From positions 512,001 through 576,000 of the forward strand of contig CBDDTI010000745.1 of assembly GCA_965233585.1 (NCBI GenBank): a stretch of 64,000 nt of DNA, written 5' to 3'. The position numbers and the translations under genes are program-made. The notes beneath the pieces are model-generated. The model did not search any database and was not told the origin of the DNA. It saw nothing but the letters and a program-made list of their open reading frames with translations. This DNA is from a bacterium (GTDB lineage Bacteria > SAR324 > NAC60-12). Below are positions 22,961-35,129 of this stretch, one piece after another (within the stretch, counting starts at the first letter, position 1; each line of letters starts with the position of its first letter).

Positions 22961-24697
22961 TTACTTTGGAGAAATTTTTTGATAATTCTTTTTAGAAAAT
23001 AAATCTCCTATGACCTCATAAAATTCAATGTTTTCATAATTTTTAATACTTGCAAAATCTTTAGGCCATCCTACTGTGCTTGTTATAAATCTTCTTTGAG
23101 TTTTAGGGTTTTTAAAAGGATTATTTCCTTTATACTGGGGACATCCCCCAATGGCGATACAAGCAACAGCAGGTGTATCAGAATTAATTACTCTAGCATT
23201 AGACTGTCTAAGCTTTCCTCTTGATTCAAAAGGTTTAACAGCAAAGATAATGTTTGATCCGAATGGTGCATTATCTGGTGCGTGATTTGCGTGATCCGAA
23301 ACAATAATAATCATAGTTTGGTCATATATTTTAAGATGCTTTAGTTGATTAATAATATTTTTAAATAAAAGAGTTTGACATGACACTACATTATAATTTC
23401 CTTCAGCACTATTCACATGGTATTTATTTCCCCTTGTAGAACAGTCTGGTTGTGAATAATAAGGAGAATGAGTGAACATTGTATGGATATAATGAATGAC
23501 AGGTTTGTCAGATTCCAAATTAGCATATTCTAGCCAACCCTTAAAATATGCGAGCAATCCATAATGATGGCGTGTGTTAGATTGTATAGTTTCTTTTGTT
23601 AGTTGAGAAATATCTTTACTATTGCTTTGAAAAGAAGTTTTGGATTGGTGATTTGGAAGTAACCACAATCCATTTCTATAAATATTTGGCTTGATAAAAA
23701 GAGGTGATATTTGAAAAAGTATAAAACTGGTAACTTTTACTAATTCAGCTTGACTAAAGCGAGATTTAGAAACATGATCTGTCTGACCTAATAAATGATC
23801 TAATGGGAATTGATAAGTTTGTCTTTTTCCAGAATCTCCTTGGTGATTGGGAGTGTGGCTAACTTTGACCACCTTCCAGTTATTTTTTTCAAAGTCGTCA
23901 AGAAATGATGGTGCGTGGTTTTGCCAGTACTCCACTAGTGTCATGTCTCTTGGTTTGTTTTTCATAATTTGCAGAGGGGTTCCTAATTCCCCTCCTTGAA
24001 TTGCATGAACAGAAGTGTGGGTTGTATTCCCTACTGCAATAGCATTTGGAAAGAGTGTAAAGCCATCTAAACTTGCAATCAAATCAGGTTGCTTTTCAAG
24101 GACTTTTTGGAAATAGACACCAGACATCATATCTGGCATAAAAACTAGAACGTTTCTACTAGGAGACAATGTATAAATATCTTTAAATTCTTCTGTTTTT
24201 TTAATTATTTGTGTGTTAGATTCTTTCATTTCCAAATAAACGTTATTTATTTCTGTCACCAAGCTAGAAAAATATGTAATATGAATAAATATTAATAAAA
24301 TATGAATGACTTTATTTTTTAATCGCTCTTTAATTAAAAAAATTACTATTAGTAAGATTAGAAAAGCTAATAATTCTATTTTCTGTTCTAGTTTTGTAGA
24401 TAGAATTAAATTTTCAAAGTTTGAAAAAATCCAATCATCAAATTTGCCATAGTTGTACTTTGATACTAAAGGATAAAGAGCAACCCAAATAGTGATAGCA
24501 ATTAGTACATTAAATAATCTTTTCATTCCTAATAGTTTATGAAAAAATTGTATGATAAAAATAAAAAGCAATCCTAATGAGTAAAATGCGATTAAATTGT
24601 ATATATGATGCTGTCCATATTCTTCAAAATTTTTTAAGTAAAAAAGACTTGGTAAGTAGAAAAAGAAGATGGATGAAAAAGTGATAGCTATTTTCAT
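22961..24697 (-). CDS. Membrane-anchored sulfatase/alkaline-phosphatase-superfamily protein (LtaS/EptA-like architecture)
   Basis: About five N-terminal TM helices, NVLVFMPD, T-nucleophile region GNTTHTS, THSPY, IIIVSDH. Confidence 0.75.
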   Translation of the reverse strand: MKIAITFSSIFFFYLPSLFYLKNFEEYGQHHIYNLIAFYSLGLLFIFIIQFFHKLLGMKRLFNVLIAITIWVALYPLVSKYNYGKFDDWIFSNFENLILSTKLEQKIELLAFLILLIVIFLIKERLKNKVIHILLIFIHITYFSSLVTEINNVYLEMKESNTQIIKKTEEFKDIYTLSPSRNVLVFMPDMMSGVYFQKVLEKQPDLIASLDGFTLFPNAIAVGNTTHTSVHAIQGGELGTPLQIMKNKPRDMTLVEYWQNHAPSFLDDFEKNNWKVVKVSHTPNHQGDSGKRQTYQFPLDHLLGQTDHVSKSRFSQAELVKVTSFILFQISPLFIKPNIYRNGLWLLPNHQSKTSFQSNSKDISQLTKETIQSNTRHHYGLLAYFKGWLEYANLESDKPVIHYIHTMFTHSPYYSQPDCSTRGNKYHVNSAEGNYNVVSCQTLLFKNIINQLKHLKIYDQTMIIIVSDHANHAPDNAPFGSNIIFAVKPFESRGKLRQSNARVINSDTPAVACIAIGGCPQYKGNNPFKNPKTQRRFITSTVGWPKDFASIKNYENIEFYEVIGDLFSKKNYQKISPK

Positions 24698-24955
24698 ATT
24701 TTTAAAATTATAAAGAAGGCTTAAACTTGGTCATAGTAATCTGAATTTTCTAAAAAATCAACCTTGTGAAATGATTTTATTTATAACGACTTAAAATTGA
24801 ACAACCTTTAGAGATTCTTTTTTATATTTATAATTTGACTTTGTTTACTAATCAAATATAATAGTCGTGTCAGCTTCAGCTTTCATTTCACAATGGATAT
24901 GCCACCTTCTGACTTCAATTCTTTTCAACATTTCATTCAGGAAATCAATTAAAAT

Positions 24956-26809
24956 ATGGGGTTTCAAAAGGCTTCCCAAGATCAGCCTTTTCAGGAGTTG
25001 GAAACAGCAATCATTCGTTTTGCTGGAGACTCAGGTGACGGCATTCAAACCACAGGGAATCAGCTGACCAATACGTCTGCACAGATGGGAAATGATGTGA
25101 ATACTTTCCCTGATTTTCCAGCAGAAATCAGAGCGCCAAGTGGCACATTAGCAGGTGTCTCGGGGTTTCAGTTAAGTTTTTCAAAGCATCTTATTCACAC
25201 TCATGGCGATAGTGTGCAAACATTGGTAGCTATGAATCCTGCCGCATTGAAGGTCAACTTGTCCAGTGTAGATGAAGGGGGCATTATCATTTTAAATTCT
25301 GACCGTTTTGGTAAAAATGACCTCCGTAAAGCAGAGCTTGAAAACAACCCTCTTGAAACAGGTGAGCTTGATGCCTTTCGTGTTGTTTCTATTCCCATGT
25401 CTAGTTTGTCTATCAAAGCAGTAGAAGAACTTGGTATGCCGAAGAGTCAGGCAGAAAAATGTAAAAATATGTTTGCATTAGGTGTCGTGTCGTGGCTTTA
25501 CGAAAGAGATTTAAAACCAACGTTAGATTGGATTCAAAATAAGTTTAAAAAAGAAGTTGCAGAAGCCAACACAGCAGCTTTTCAAGCGGGATATTCTTAT
25601 GCACTTTCGTCAGAGCTTTTTCATGTTCGTTATCACGTAAAATCTGCTCCACTGAAGGCAGACGGGTACCAACAAGTGACAGGGAATCAAGCGATTGTTT
25701 GGGGCATGACTGCGTCATCAATCCTTGCGGAAACTCCGATGCTGTTTTCAGGCTACCCTATCACTCCTGCATCTGACCTTTTGCACGAGCTTTCAAAGTT
25801 GAGCCATTTAGGGATTGCAACATTTCAGGCAGAAGATGAAATAGCGGCAATGGCGGCATCTGTTGGGGCATCTTTTGGAGGACGTCTTGCGGCGACAGCA
25901 ACGAGCGGACCGGGTTTTGTTTTGAAAAGTGAGGGGCTAAACCTTGCTGTGATGACAGAGTTACCTTTAGTCCTCATTGACGTTCAAAGGGCGGGTCCTT
26001 CTACGGGCATGCCTACTAAAACAGAACAATCAGACCTTTTGTTTGCAGCATTTGGCAGACATGGCGACTCTCATTTACCTGTGATTGCTCCAACAAGTCC
26101 CAGCGACTGCTTTTATATCATCATAGAAGCTTTTCGTTTAGCCTTGAAGTATATGACTCCTGTCATTGTTTTAAGCGATGGCTCTCTTGCGAATGGTGCA
26201 TCTCTTTGGTCTCCTCCAAATCTCAAGGATTTACCCTGCCTCAAACCTCATTATGAAACCAACCCAGAAGTGTCTCCTTATTCCAGAGATCAAAAAACGT
26301 TTGCGAGACCTTGGGTGATTCCCGGCACTGCAGGATTGGAGCATCGCATTGGTGGCTTGGAAAAAGACAAGGAAACAGGAGGTGTCAGTTATGATGCTTT
26401 GAACCATGAACTCATGACACAAATCCGTTCAGAAAAAATTGCACGTGTTGCTGATGATATTCCAGCCCTTGAAGTCTATGGGCAGGCACAAGGTGATTTG
26501 CTGATTCTTGGTTGGGGGGGGACATGTGGTTCAATCATGGAGGCAACTCAAGCTTTGAAAAAAGAAGGTTATCTGGTTTCATGTGCTTTTTTGCGTTATT
26601 TAAACCCTCTGCCAAAAAATTTGCCCGATGTGTTCAAGTCATTTCAAAAAATTCTTTTGCCTGAAATGAATTTGGGGCAACTTGCTTTTTTGCTACGTGG
26701 TCAAATTCAAGCAGATTTGATCTCTTTTCCCAAGGTGCAGGGGAAGCCTTTTTTTATCAAAGAAATTAAAGAACGTGCGATTCAAATTTTAAAATGTCAG
26801 TTGCATTAG
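24956..26809 (+). CDS. korA: 2-oxoacid:ferredoxin oxidoreductase alpha subunit
   Basis: RFAGDSGDG, GYPITPAS, QAEDEIAA, TSGPG, QRAGPSTGMPTKTEQ. Confidence 0.93.
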   Translation: MGFQKASQDQPFQELETAIIRFAGDSGDGIQTTGNQLTNTSAQMGNDVNTFPDFPAEIRAPSGTLAGVSGFQLSFSKHLIHTHGDSVQTLVAMNPAALKVNLSSVDEGGIIILNSDRFGKNDLRKAELENNPLETGELDAFRVVSIPMSSLSIKAVEELGMPKSQAEKCKNMFALGVVSWLYERDLKPTLDWIQNKFKKEVAEANTAAFQAGYSYALSSELFHVRYHVKSAPLKADGYQQVTGNQAIVWGMTASSILAETPMLFSGYPITPASDLLHELSKLSHLGIATFQAEDEIAAMAASVGASFGGRLAATATSGPGFVLKSEGLNLAVMTELPLVLIDVQRAGPSTGMPTKTEQSDLLFAAFGRHGDSHLPVIAPTSPSDCFYIIIEAFRLALKYMTPVIVLSDGSLANGASLWSPPNLKDLPCLKPHYETNPEVSPYSRDQKTFARPWVIPGTAGLEHRIGGLEKDKETGGVSYDALNHELMTQIRSEKIARVADDIPALEVYGQAQGDLLILGWGGTCGSIMEATQALKKEGYLVSCAFLRYLNPLPKNLPDVFKSFQKILLPEMNLGQLAFLLRGQIQADLISFPKVQGKPFFIKEIKERAIQILKCQLH

Positions 26810-27801
26810 AAGAAGCGAAACAACTTACTAAAACAGACTTTGTATCAGGACAAACAATTCGTTGGTGTCCAGGGTGTGGAGACTATGCCATCTTGGCATC
26901 AGTTCAAAGAGCATTGCCAGAAATCGGAGTGAAACGAGAAGATATTGTTTTTGTGGCAGGCATTGGTTGTTCAAGTCGTTTTCCATACTACATGAACACC
27001 TATGGTATTCATAGCATTCACGGACGAGCACCTGCTGTTGCAACAGGATTAAAACTAGCAAGACCAGAGCTTTCTGTGTGGGTTGTGACTGGTGATGGTG
27101 ATGCTTTGAGTATTGGTGGAAATCACATTTTGCATACTTTAAGACGAAATCTTGACCTTAATATCCTATTGTTCAATAACAGAATTTATGGACTGACTAA
27201 AGGACAATATTCTCCAACCTCTGAACTAGGAAAGGTAACAAAAAGCACTCCCAAGGGGTCTTTTGACACTCCTCTTGAACCTCTGCAAATTGCTTTTCAT
27301 GCAGGGGCTTCTTTTATTGCAAGAAGCTGGGATACTGCTAAAGATTTGCCTTCTATTTTAAAGGCATCACATGCACATCGTGGGACATCTTTTATTGAGA
27401 TTTATCAGAATTGTAATATTTTCAACGATCATGCTTTTGAGCATTTGGTGCATAAAAACCAACGAGCAGACAATTTGCTAATTTTGGAAGCAGGTCAACC
27501 GATTGTTTTTGGGAAAGAACAAGAATTGACAATTTGCATCTATAAGGCACAACCTCATGTTGTCAAACGTGCAGATGTAGAGGAGTCTGAAATTTTAGTG
27601 CATGATCCGCATGATAGTTGGGTTGCTTCGGTTTTAACACAGCTGAAGAATCCTGACTTTCCTGTTCCAATGGGTATTTTATATGCCAGCGAACGTCCTT
27701 GTTATGAAGACCAAGCAGGTTTACAAGATGAGCCGATGTTTTCTTCAAAAGATATTCAACAACGTCAAGAGATTTTTCAAAACATACTTTCTGGTATTTG
27801 A
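26794..27801 (+). CDS. korB: 2-oxoacid:ferredoxin oxidoreductase beta subunit
   Basis: WCPGCGD, GIGCSS, TPP motif GDGD...NN, YGLTKGQYSPT. Confidence 0.93.
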   Translation: MSVALEEAKQLTKTDFVSGQTIRWCPGCGDYAILASVQRALPEIGVKREDIVFVAGIGCSSRFPYYMNTYGIHSIHGRAPAVATGLKLARPELSVWVVTGDGDALSIGGNHILHTLRRNLDLNILLFNNRIYGLTKGQYSPTSELGKVTKSTPKGSFDTPLEPLQIAFHAGASFIARSWDTAKDLPSILKASHAHRGTSFIEIYQNCNIFNDHAFEHLVHKNQRADNLLILEAGQPIVFGKEQELTICIYKAQPHVVKRADVEESEILVHDPHDSWVASVLTQLKNPDFPVPMGILYASERPCYEDQAGLQDEPMFSSKDIQQRQEIFQNILSGI

Positions 27802-28025
27802 TAAAGATTAGTTGGAGTTTTTATGATTAAAACTAATCAAATTGATACTATCAATGTTGTGATTAATTTCAATATTTTTACTGTCAAATAATAGTTGAAA
27901 AATTAACTCAAAAAATATCAAATTTTTTGTGACTTGATCTGTTTTGTGAAGTTTAAAAAATCCTGAAAAAAAGAAAAAATATATTTTTTGTGATAATTTC
28001 TGTTATTTTTAAATATTCTTAAATT

Positions 28026-28691
28026 GGTATTGTTAAACTATAAGTGATATGCGATATTAAGTTCATTTAATTGAATTGATAGTCATGGTGTAGCAATGAA
28101 GTCGTGTCCTATCGTGGTCAAATCTCACCACAGATCAAAAGAAGAGCATTAGAGTTGTATTTGGAGGGTCTTGGTTTCAGGTCAATCGGTCGTTTGCTGA
28201 ATTGTTCTCATGTTTCAGTTTATAATTGGGTCTGTAGTTTTGGCGAACAGCTCAAGGCATTAAGAAAGGACACAGACATTGAAATTATGGAAATTGATGA
28301 AATGCACACCTACATCCAGTCAAAAAAAACTACTGCTGGCTCTGGATTGCTGTTGATAGATGTGGGAAGCAATTTATCAATTGTGTGCTTGGAAACAGAG
28401 ACTCAAAAGCCTGTAGGCATTTATGGGACAAGGTCAAGGAAACAAAACCTCTTCAGGTGATGACTGATCACTGCAAGGCTTACAAACAAGTCATTCCCAA
28501 AGAAATTCATACATGTTCCAAGGCAGAAACATACACGATAGAAGGGTATAATTCTCTCTTGAGACATTTCTTGGCAAGAATGAGAAGGAAAACCAAATGT
28601 TACAGCAAGTCTCTTAAAGCATTACAATATTCTGTTCTTTTGTTCATGGCAAAACGGAATAATCAGCTATCACTTATTACTTAACAATGTC
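28026..28691 (+). mobile_element. IS1-family insertion sequence, 666 bp, internally deleted
   Basis: IRL GGTATTGTTAAACTATAAGTGATA matches IRR (reverse complement GACATTGTTAAGTAATAAGTGATA). 8-bp target duplication CTTAAATT at 28018..28025 and 28692..28699. Confidence 0.9.
28096..28684 (+). pseudogene. IS1-family transposase (HTH plus DDE joined by -1 frameshift), N-terminal zinc ribbon apparently deleted
   Basis: HTH LYLEGLGFRSIGRLL, EIDEMHTY, A8C slippery site 28322..28330, MTDH, TYTIEGYNSLLRHFLARMRRKTKCYSKS. Confidence 0.8.
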
Positions 28692-28829
28692 CTTAAATTT
28701 AATTTTTATGACAAAAATTAAAAAACTAATTTCCGCTTTGCCTTTAAAGTCAAGTAAAAAACTCTTGATTAGCTTTTGAATATCTTGTAGCATAATAGCC
28801 TTTGATTAACCCTAGAATGTATAAAATGT

Positions 28830-30415
<1,586 letters not shown>

Positions 30416-30416
30416 T

Positions 30417-31157
30417 TCAAAATGGTCCTTCTACCTGTCCATGAATGAATTGCTGTAAAATGGGATTGTCCACTTGATCCACTTCATCTGGAGTGGCTTC
30501 TGCAATAATTTTCCCTTGATAAAGCATTGCCAGTTTGTCTGCGATTCTTTTGGAGTTAGGAATGTGATGCGAGATAGAAAGGCATGTCATGTTAAATTGG
30601 TCTCGCATTTCTACCATTAAGTCTCCAATAGCTGTTGTTGTAATGGGGTCAAGTCCAGACTCAGGCTCATCAAAAATCATGATTTTGGGGTCAAGCATGA
30701 CAGAGCGAGCCACCCCCACACGTTTTCTCATTCCTCCTGAAAGCTCTGCGGGGCTTTTGTCTTCAATATCGTAAAGTCCAAGTCGGTTCAGCATTGAGGT
30801 GACTCTTTTTTCAATTTCTTGCTTGCTCATGTCTTTTCTATGCTCACGTAACGCAAAGGCAACGTTGTCAAAGACACTCATTGAGTCAAACAGGGCTGAG
30901 TATTGAAAGCACATGCCAATTTTTTTAAGCATTTCTGTTCTCATTTTTTTATCTAGTGTCAGCAAATTTTTGCCATCAATAATAATCTCACCTTCTTCAG
31001 GGGTGATAAAACCTAAAATAAGTTTGATAATTGTTGATTTTCCGTGACCTGAACCGCCAATGACTACTGTAATTTTATTCTCAGGAATTTCCAAACTTAA
31101 GCGATCAATGACAGTTTTGTTTCCAAAACTTTTGGTAATATTGGTTAACGAGATCAT
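30417..31157 (-). CDS. ABC transporter ATP-binding protein, MlaF/Ttg2A-like
   Basis: GGSGHGKS, FQYSALFDSMSVFDNVAF, ELSGGMRKRVGVAR, QQFIHG...GPF. Confidence 0.88.
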   Translation of the reverse strand: MISLTNITKSFGNKTVIDRLSLEIPENKITVVIGGSGHGKSTIIKLILGFITPEEGEIIIDGKNLLTLDKKMRTEMLKKIGMCFQYSALFDSMSVFDNVAFALREHRKDMSKQEIEKRVTSMLNRLGLYDIEDKSPAELSGGMRKRVGVARSVMLDPKIMIFDEPESGLDPITTTAIGDLMVEMRDQFNMTCLSISHHIPNSKRIADKLAMLYQGKIIAEATPDEVDQVDNPILQQFIHGQVEGPF

Positions 31158-31169
31158 ATTGTTAATTTT

Positions 31170-31679
31170 TTAAAAGTTGACAAAAATCTCTTCATAAACG
31201 CGTGTTGCAAATTTTTTTGCAATATCATCTACCCCACGCGATTGGGTTGTCACATCTTGACTGAATTGACTATCATCGTACGACAATTCATTGCGAACAA
31301 TGAACTGTTCTTTTTCCCAAAGTACTTGGACACCTTTATCCAATCGCAAACTTCCTGTTAAGCTCCATTCTGAAGCTGTCGTTTGACCAACTTCTGAAAG
31401 TGTAGTTTGTGTGGTTTCTAATGTTTTCAGATGGATGAACAACACAAGGTCAGCTTCTTTTTCAGGTGCAATGACCACAGAATCATTGTTTTGCAAAGCT
31501 AGTTGTAAATATCGGTAAATTCTTGTCTCTAGTGAGGCACGAAAGGTGTCGTTTATAATTGGAGCAACTGCAATAGTATTTGCCTGTTCTGGTAATGGAG
31601 GGCTTAGTGATTCAAAACGATAGCCACATGAAGAGACTATGGATAATGTCAATAACAGCAAATAGGTCTTGAATTTCAT
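31170..31679 (-). CDS. lptE: LPS assembly lipoprotein LptE family
   Basis: Lipobox VSSC followed by GYRF; size and C-terminal helix fit LptE. Confidence 0.7.
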   Translation of the reverse strand: MKFKTYLLLLTLSIVSSCGYRFESLSPPLPEQANTIAVAPIINDTFRASLETRIYRYLQLALQNNDSVVIAPEKEADLVLFIHLKTLETTQTTLSEVGQTTASEWSLTGSLRLDKGVQVLWEKEQFIVRNELSYDDSQFSQDVTTQSRGVDDIAKKFATRVYEEIFVNF

Positions 31680-32857
31680 AAATAAAAAAGTAGCAAAATC
31701 CCTGTGTAAACGTACAGTTGCATAGATTCTTGGTACCTCGCAAATTGAAAACTTCCTTGTAACCCAATTAGAGGGATAGAACCAAACTTGTTTTGAATAG
31801 CTTGGGCATCTATGTGTGGTTTTTGATAAAGCTGTTCACCACGACCTGCGCAATTTAGATAAATCCCGAAGCTAGGTTTTTCATCAATAAAATCAAGTTC
31901 TGCTAACATGGTTTCTAATGCGTCTATTGCCGTGTAAGGGGAGCAGTGAATAAAGCTAAAAATGTCAGAAGGCTTAATCATCTGCGGTAAAATAAGCCCT
32001 TGATTTGAGACGTCAACACCGTGAATGGGACGTGTCTCCCATATTGCTGAATTGAAATCTTGCGAATGCTGTTGTTTGCTGAATGCTCCCAATGTCTGGC
32101 TAAATGCTTCATCTAAATCTTGCATTCCCCGACTATGAGCAAGAGTCCTGAAGACTTCTAGCACAGGAAAGTCGTCAAGTTCTAAAATAGCATTGTTTTC
32201 TATTTTTGTGATGAATAGAGGGTCTCCTATGTGTGTTCCTGAAAGGGTAACCCCCCAATTTAACCTTCTGATTCCTTTTAAAAGTAACCCTGAAAGTCCC
32301 CCAAAAAATGCAGTCCCTCCTCCTATTTGAGACGCTTTTTCTAGTGAACCATCATCGCACGAAGACACTCCAAAGATAGCATTTGAAGAACGAAGATAAT
32401 TGAGAGAATTGATGATGTTATGAGATTGAATGGCGTAGTGGTCAGGAAACACAAGCATCACTTGACTTTCGTCATATTGTTTTTGAGATTGCTCTATGAT
32501 GGAAAGGTCAAACTCTTTGAGCTGTTGCAAGGCAGAGGCAGATTCTCGGTGAGTTTGTCTCGTACTAAATGAAACAGCATCAATTTGATTAGTGAGCAAA
32601 ACAACTAGCCCACAAGAAGTAACTTCTTGGCTTCCTGCCAAAACACCTGAAGCACTGCAACCTGAAATGTTGTCATGCTGTAAGGTCTCTTGAAGGTTTT
32701 GAAAAATGATTTGATGGTTCACAACGTGATGAGTTGTGAAGAAGACAATGCAGAGGGTTGAGCGACCCTCTAAGGATTGGGAAGCCTGCTGAACTGCTTC
32801 CATCACAGCTTCTTTGGGGTTTTGATGTTGTGACAACCCTATTCCTATGCCACTCAA
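31676..32857 (-). CDS. FIST-domain signal transduction protein
   Basis: GCSASG in FIST-N; NAILELD..P, NCAGRG and LIG in FIST-C. Confidence 0.85.
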   Translation of the reverse strand: MSGIGIGLSQHQNPKEAVMEAVQQASQSLEGRSTLCIVFFTTHHVVNHQIIFQNLQETLQHDNISGCSASGVLAGSQEVTSCGLVVLLTNQIDAVSFSTRQTHRESASALQQLKEFDLSIIEQSQKQYDESQVMLVFPDHYAIQSHNIINSLNYLRSSNAIFGVSSCDDGSLEKASQIGGGTAFFGGLSGLLLKGIRRLNWGVTLSGTHIGDPLFITKIENNAILELDDFPVLEVFRTLAHSRGMQDLDEAFSQTLGAFSKQQHSQDFNSAIWETRPIHGVDVSNQGLILPQMIKPSDIFSFIHCSPYTAIDALETMLAELDFIDEKPSFGIYLNCAGRGEQLYQKPHIDAQAIQNKFGSIPLIGLQGSFQFARYQESMQLYVYTGILLLFYL

Positions 32858-32863
32858 AGCTAT

Positions 32864-33778
32864 CTATCCGTGTTGAATCAGAGTATTAACAATTTCCTCA
32901 ATCTTTGCTTGAGCCGTGTCGTGGGGAAGCTGACATGTTCCTGCTCCTTTGTGACCTCCTCCTCCATACTTTGCCATCAATCCTCCCACATCAGTTTGAC
33001 AAGTTCTATTGATAATGCTATGTGCGACTGCAACAACAACGTTTTGTTTTTGCACACCATTTGCAATCCTAACAGACGCATTAACATTAGGATAGAGTGC
33101 ATAAGCCATAAAGCGATTGCCCACTGGAATCTCCTCAATGTCTCTGACGTCGCTAATAAGAACATTTTGATTCTCCCGAGACGTATCTTTGATATGTTGG
33201 ATAAATGCCTCTTGCTGTTCTTGGTAGAGGTCTAAACGTTCTTTGACATCTGCATTGGCTAAAATCTCTTCTACGTTCTTGGTTTGAATAAAGTCTATAA
33301 ACTTGGTCATTAACTCATAATTGCTGATGCGGAAGTGATGGTATTTTCCAAGACCTGTGCGGGAGTCCATGATGTAGGAAAGAAGAATCCAATCTTTAGG
33401 ATTTGTGATTTCTTCCAAGGAAAGTTGGGCAGAATCTACACGATTGACAATGTCAATCAGCTCTCGGTATTTGGGAAAAGTTTGTTCTCCTCCATAGTAG
33501 TCATAGACCACTTGTGCCGCACTCGGTGCAAGTTTTAATTCTCCTTTGACTTTAGGGGACTGTGTTCGTTGGGCTTCGCTACTATGGTGGTCAAACCAAG
33601 CTCCGCAATTAGGATGATAAGGCAGGTTGGTAATGAAGTCCCCTTGCTGAATTTCTAGCTTGCCGTCTTGCACATCTTTAGGGTGAGCAAAGACAACTTC
33701 GCCGATCTTTTCAACTTGTTTGATCAATACAGCGCAGAATAAACCATCAAAATCTGAACGTGTGATAAGTTTTGTCAT
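32864..33778 (-). CDS. DHH-family phosphoesterase (exopolyphosphatase-like / nanoRNase-like)
   Basis: TRSDFDG, HPKDVQDG, FDHH, YGGGGHKGAGTCQ. Confidence 0.88.
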   Translation of the reverse strand: MTKLITRSDFDGLFCAVLIKQVEKIGEVVFAHPKDVQDGKLEIQQGDFITNLPYHPNCGAWFDHHSSEAQRTQSPKVKGELKLAPSAAQVVYDYYGGEQTFPKYRELIDIVNRVDSAQLSLEEITNPKDWILLSYIMDSRTGLGKYHHFRISNYELMTKFIDFIQTKNVEEILANADVKERLDLYQEQQEAFIQHIKDTSRENQNVLISDVRDIEEIPVGNRFMAYALYPNVNASVRIANGVQKQNVVVAVAHSIINRTCQTDVGGLMAKYGGGGHKGAGTCQLPHDTAQAKIEEIVNTLIQHG

Positions 33779-33962
33779 ATAGACCTCCTAATCATTTGAG
33801 TTTGTAACAAATTCCTTTATCATACTAGTAAGAAAAGCCAAATGTAAAGAGAACACGTGAAGTCTGATTATTTTTTACCTTGTTTTGTTAATTTGTGTAA
33901 AAATAGGGAATATCCAAAATTTAACAAATTTTTGATGTTTAAATGAATCAACTAAATTTTAA

Positions 33963-35129
33963 ATGATCAAACATTTCAAAGAAATTCGTCTATTTTTTGT
34001 TTTTTTCATAGTGTTTTTGCTTCAAACTTCAGCTCTGGCAGAACCTTTTGTCCGCACAGGTCAAGGCATCAGGAATATCGGAATGGGGAATGTTGGCATT
34101 GCTTTAAGCCATGATGAAAATGCGTTGTTTTATAATCCTGCTGGTCTGGCAAGGGTTGAAGAAGTTTATGGAAGCCTTAATTTACTTGTCGGTGCGTCAG
34201 AAGATGTTGTTAGGGCTGCTAGCAATGCTTCTGTCAATCAAGACGATGTTGAAAAAGTTGGCGATATTTTTGAGCTAGTATTAGACAAGACCTTTTATAT
34301 TCGCGCAATGGGGTCTTTGAATCTGATGATTCCGATTGCTCACTCTATGACCTTTGGTGCGTCATCTTTTTACGATTCTGAAAATATCATCGCACTGGAA
34401 AATGCGGTATTGCCTCAACTGTCTTTAGGTTTTCGTCTGGATCAAGGTCAGGCGTTCGGTGTGAGTATCCCTATCACCGATGACAACAGTCTGATTCTAG
34501 GCTTGGGCGCTCGTGTCATTAGCAAACGTATGGAGCTTCCTTACAGTACTTTTACCTTATCAAAAATTATTAGTGCTGGAGAGGATGCGGAGTCTCTTTT
34601 TCCTAAAGGTGCGTCCGAGCCAGCCCGTGGAGTTGGTGGCGATTTAGGTATGCAATGGAGGATCCCTGGTGACCTTCAGATAACTTTGGGAGCTGTGGCA
34701 CAAAGCATTGGTGGTATGAAGTTTTTAAGAGCAGAAGACGCCACGACGCCTAAAGACAGAGAAATGGAAATCGGCATCGGTCTGTCAATCCAACCTGAAT
34801 GGGGACCTTTTAGACTTCTTTCTGCTGTTGACATTAAAGATTTGACAAGGCAGGGAACAGATGACAATGATTTTGACAAAAGACTCCACACAGGGCTTGA
34901 GCTGGGTTTCATACCAATAGATTCTACGGCAAGTTTTATTGCGGTCAGGAGTGGTTACAATCAAGGGTATTCTACTTTTGGTTTAGAGATCAATCCGCTC
35001 ATCATTTCAAGGTTTTTAACAATCCAGTATGCTGTTTATGGGGAAGAAATTGGAGATAAATCAGGAGACCTTAAAAACTCAAGGGCTTTGATTCAAATTT
35101 CTTTGAGTTTGGGTGAGGTTCTTTTGTAA
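33963..35129 (+). CDS. Putative outer-membrane beta-barrel protein (TraF/PorV/FadL-like N-terminus)
   Basis: Signal peptide (ALA), GMGNVGIA...ALFYNPAGLA, amphipathic strands. Confidence 0.7.
   Translation: MIKHFKEIRLFFVFFIVFLLQTSALAEPFVRTGQGIRNIGMGNVGIALSHDENALFYNPAGLARVEEVYGSLNLLVGASEDVVRAASNASVNQDDVEKVGDIFELVLDKTFYIRAMGSLNLMIPIAHSMTFGASSFYDSENIIALENAVLPQLSLGFRLDQGQAFGVSIPITDDNSLILGLGARVISKRMELPYSTFTLSKIISAGEDAESLFPKGASEPARGVGGDLGMQWRIPGDLQITLGAVAQSIGGMKFLRAEDATTPKDREMEIGIGLSIQPEWGPFRLLSAVDIKDLTRQGTDDNDFDKRLHTGLELGFIPIDSTASFIAVRSGYNQGYSTFGLEINPLIISRFLTIQYAVYGEEIGDKSGDLKNSRALIQISLSLGEVLL

Noticed and set aside
27823..27891. 22-aa ORF with a GGAG SD after korB, containing the palindrome ATTGATA-C-TATCAAT
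   Set aside because: Too short and AT-rich to support. The palindrome spacing (N3) does not match the FNR box (N4).
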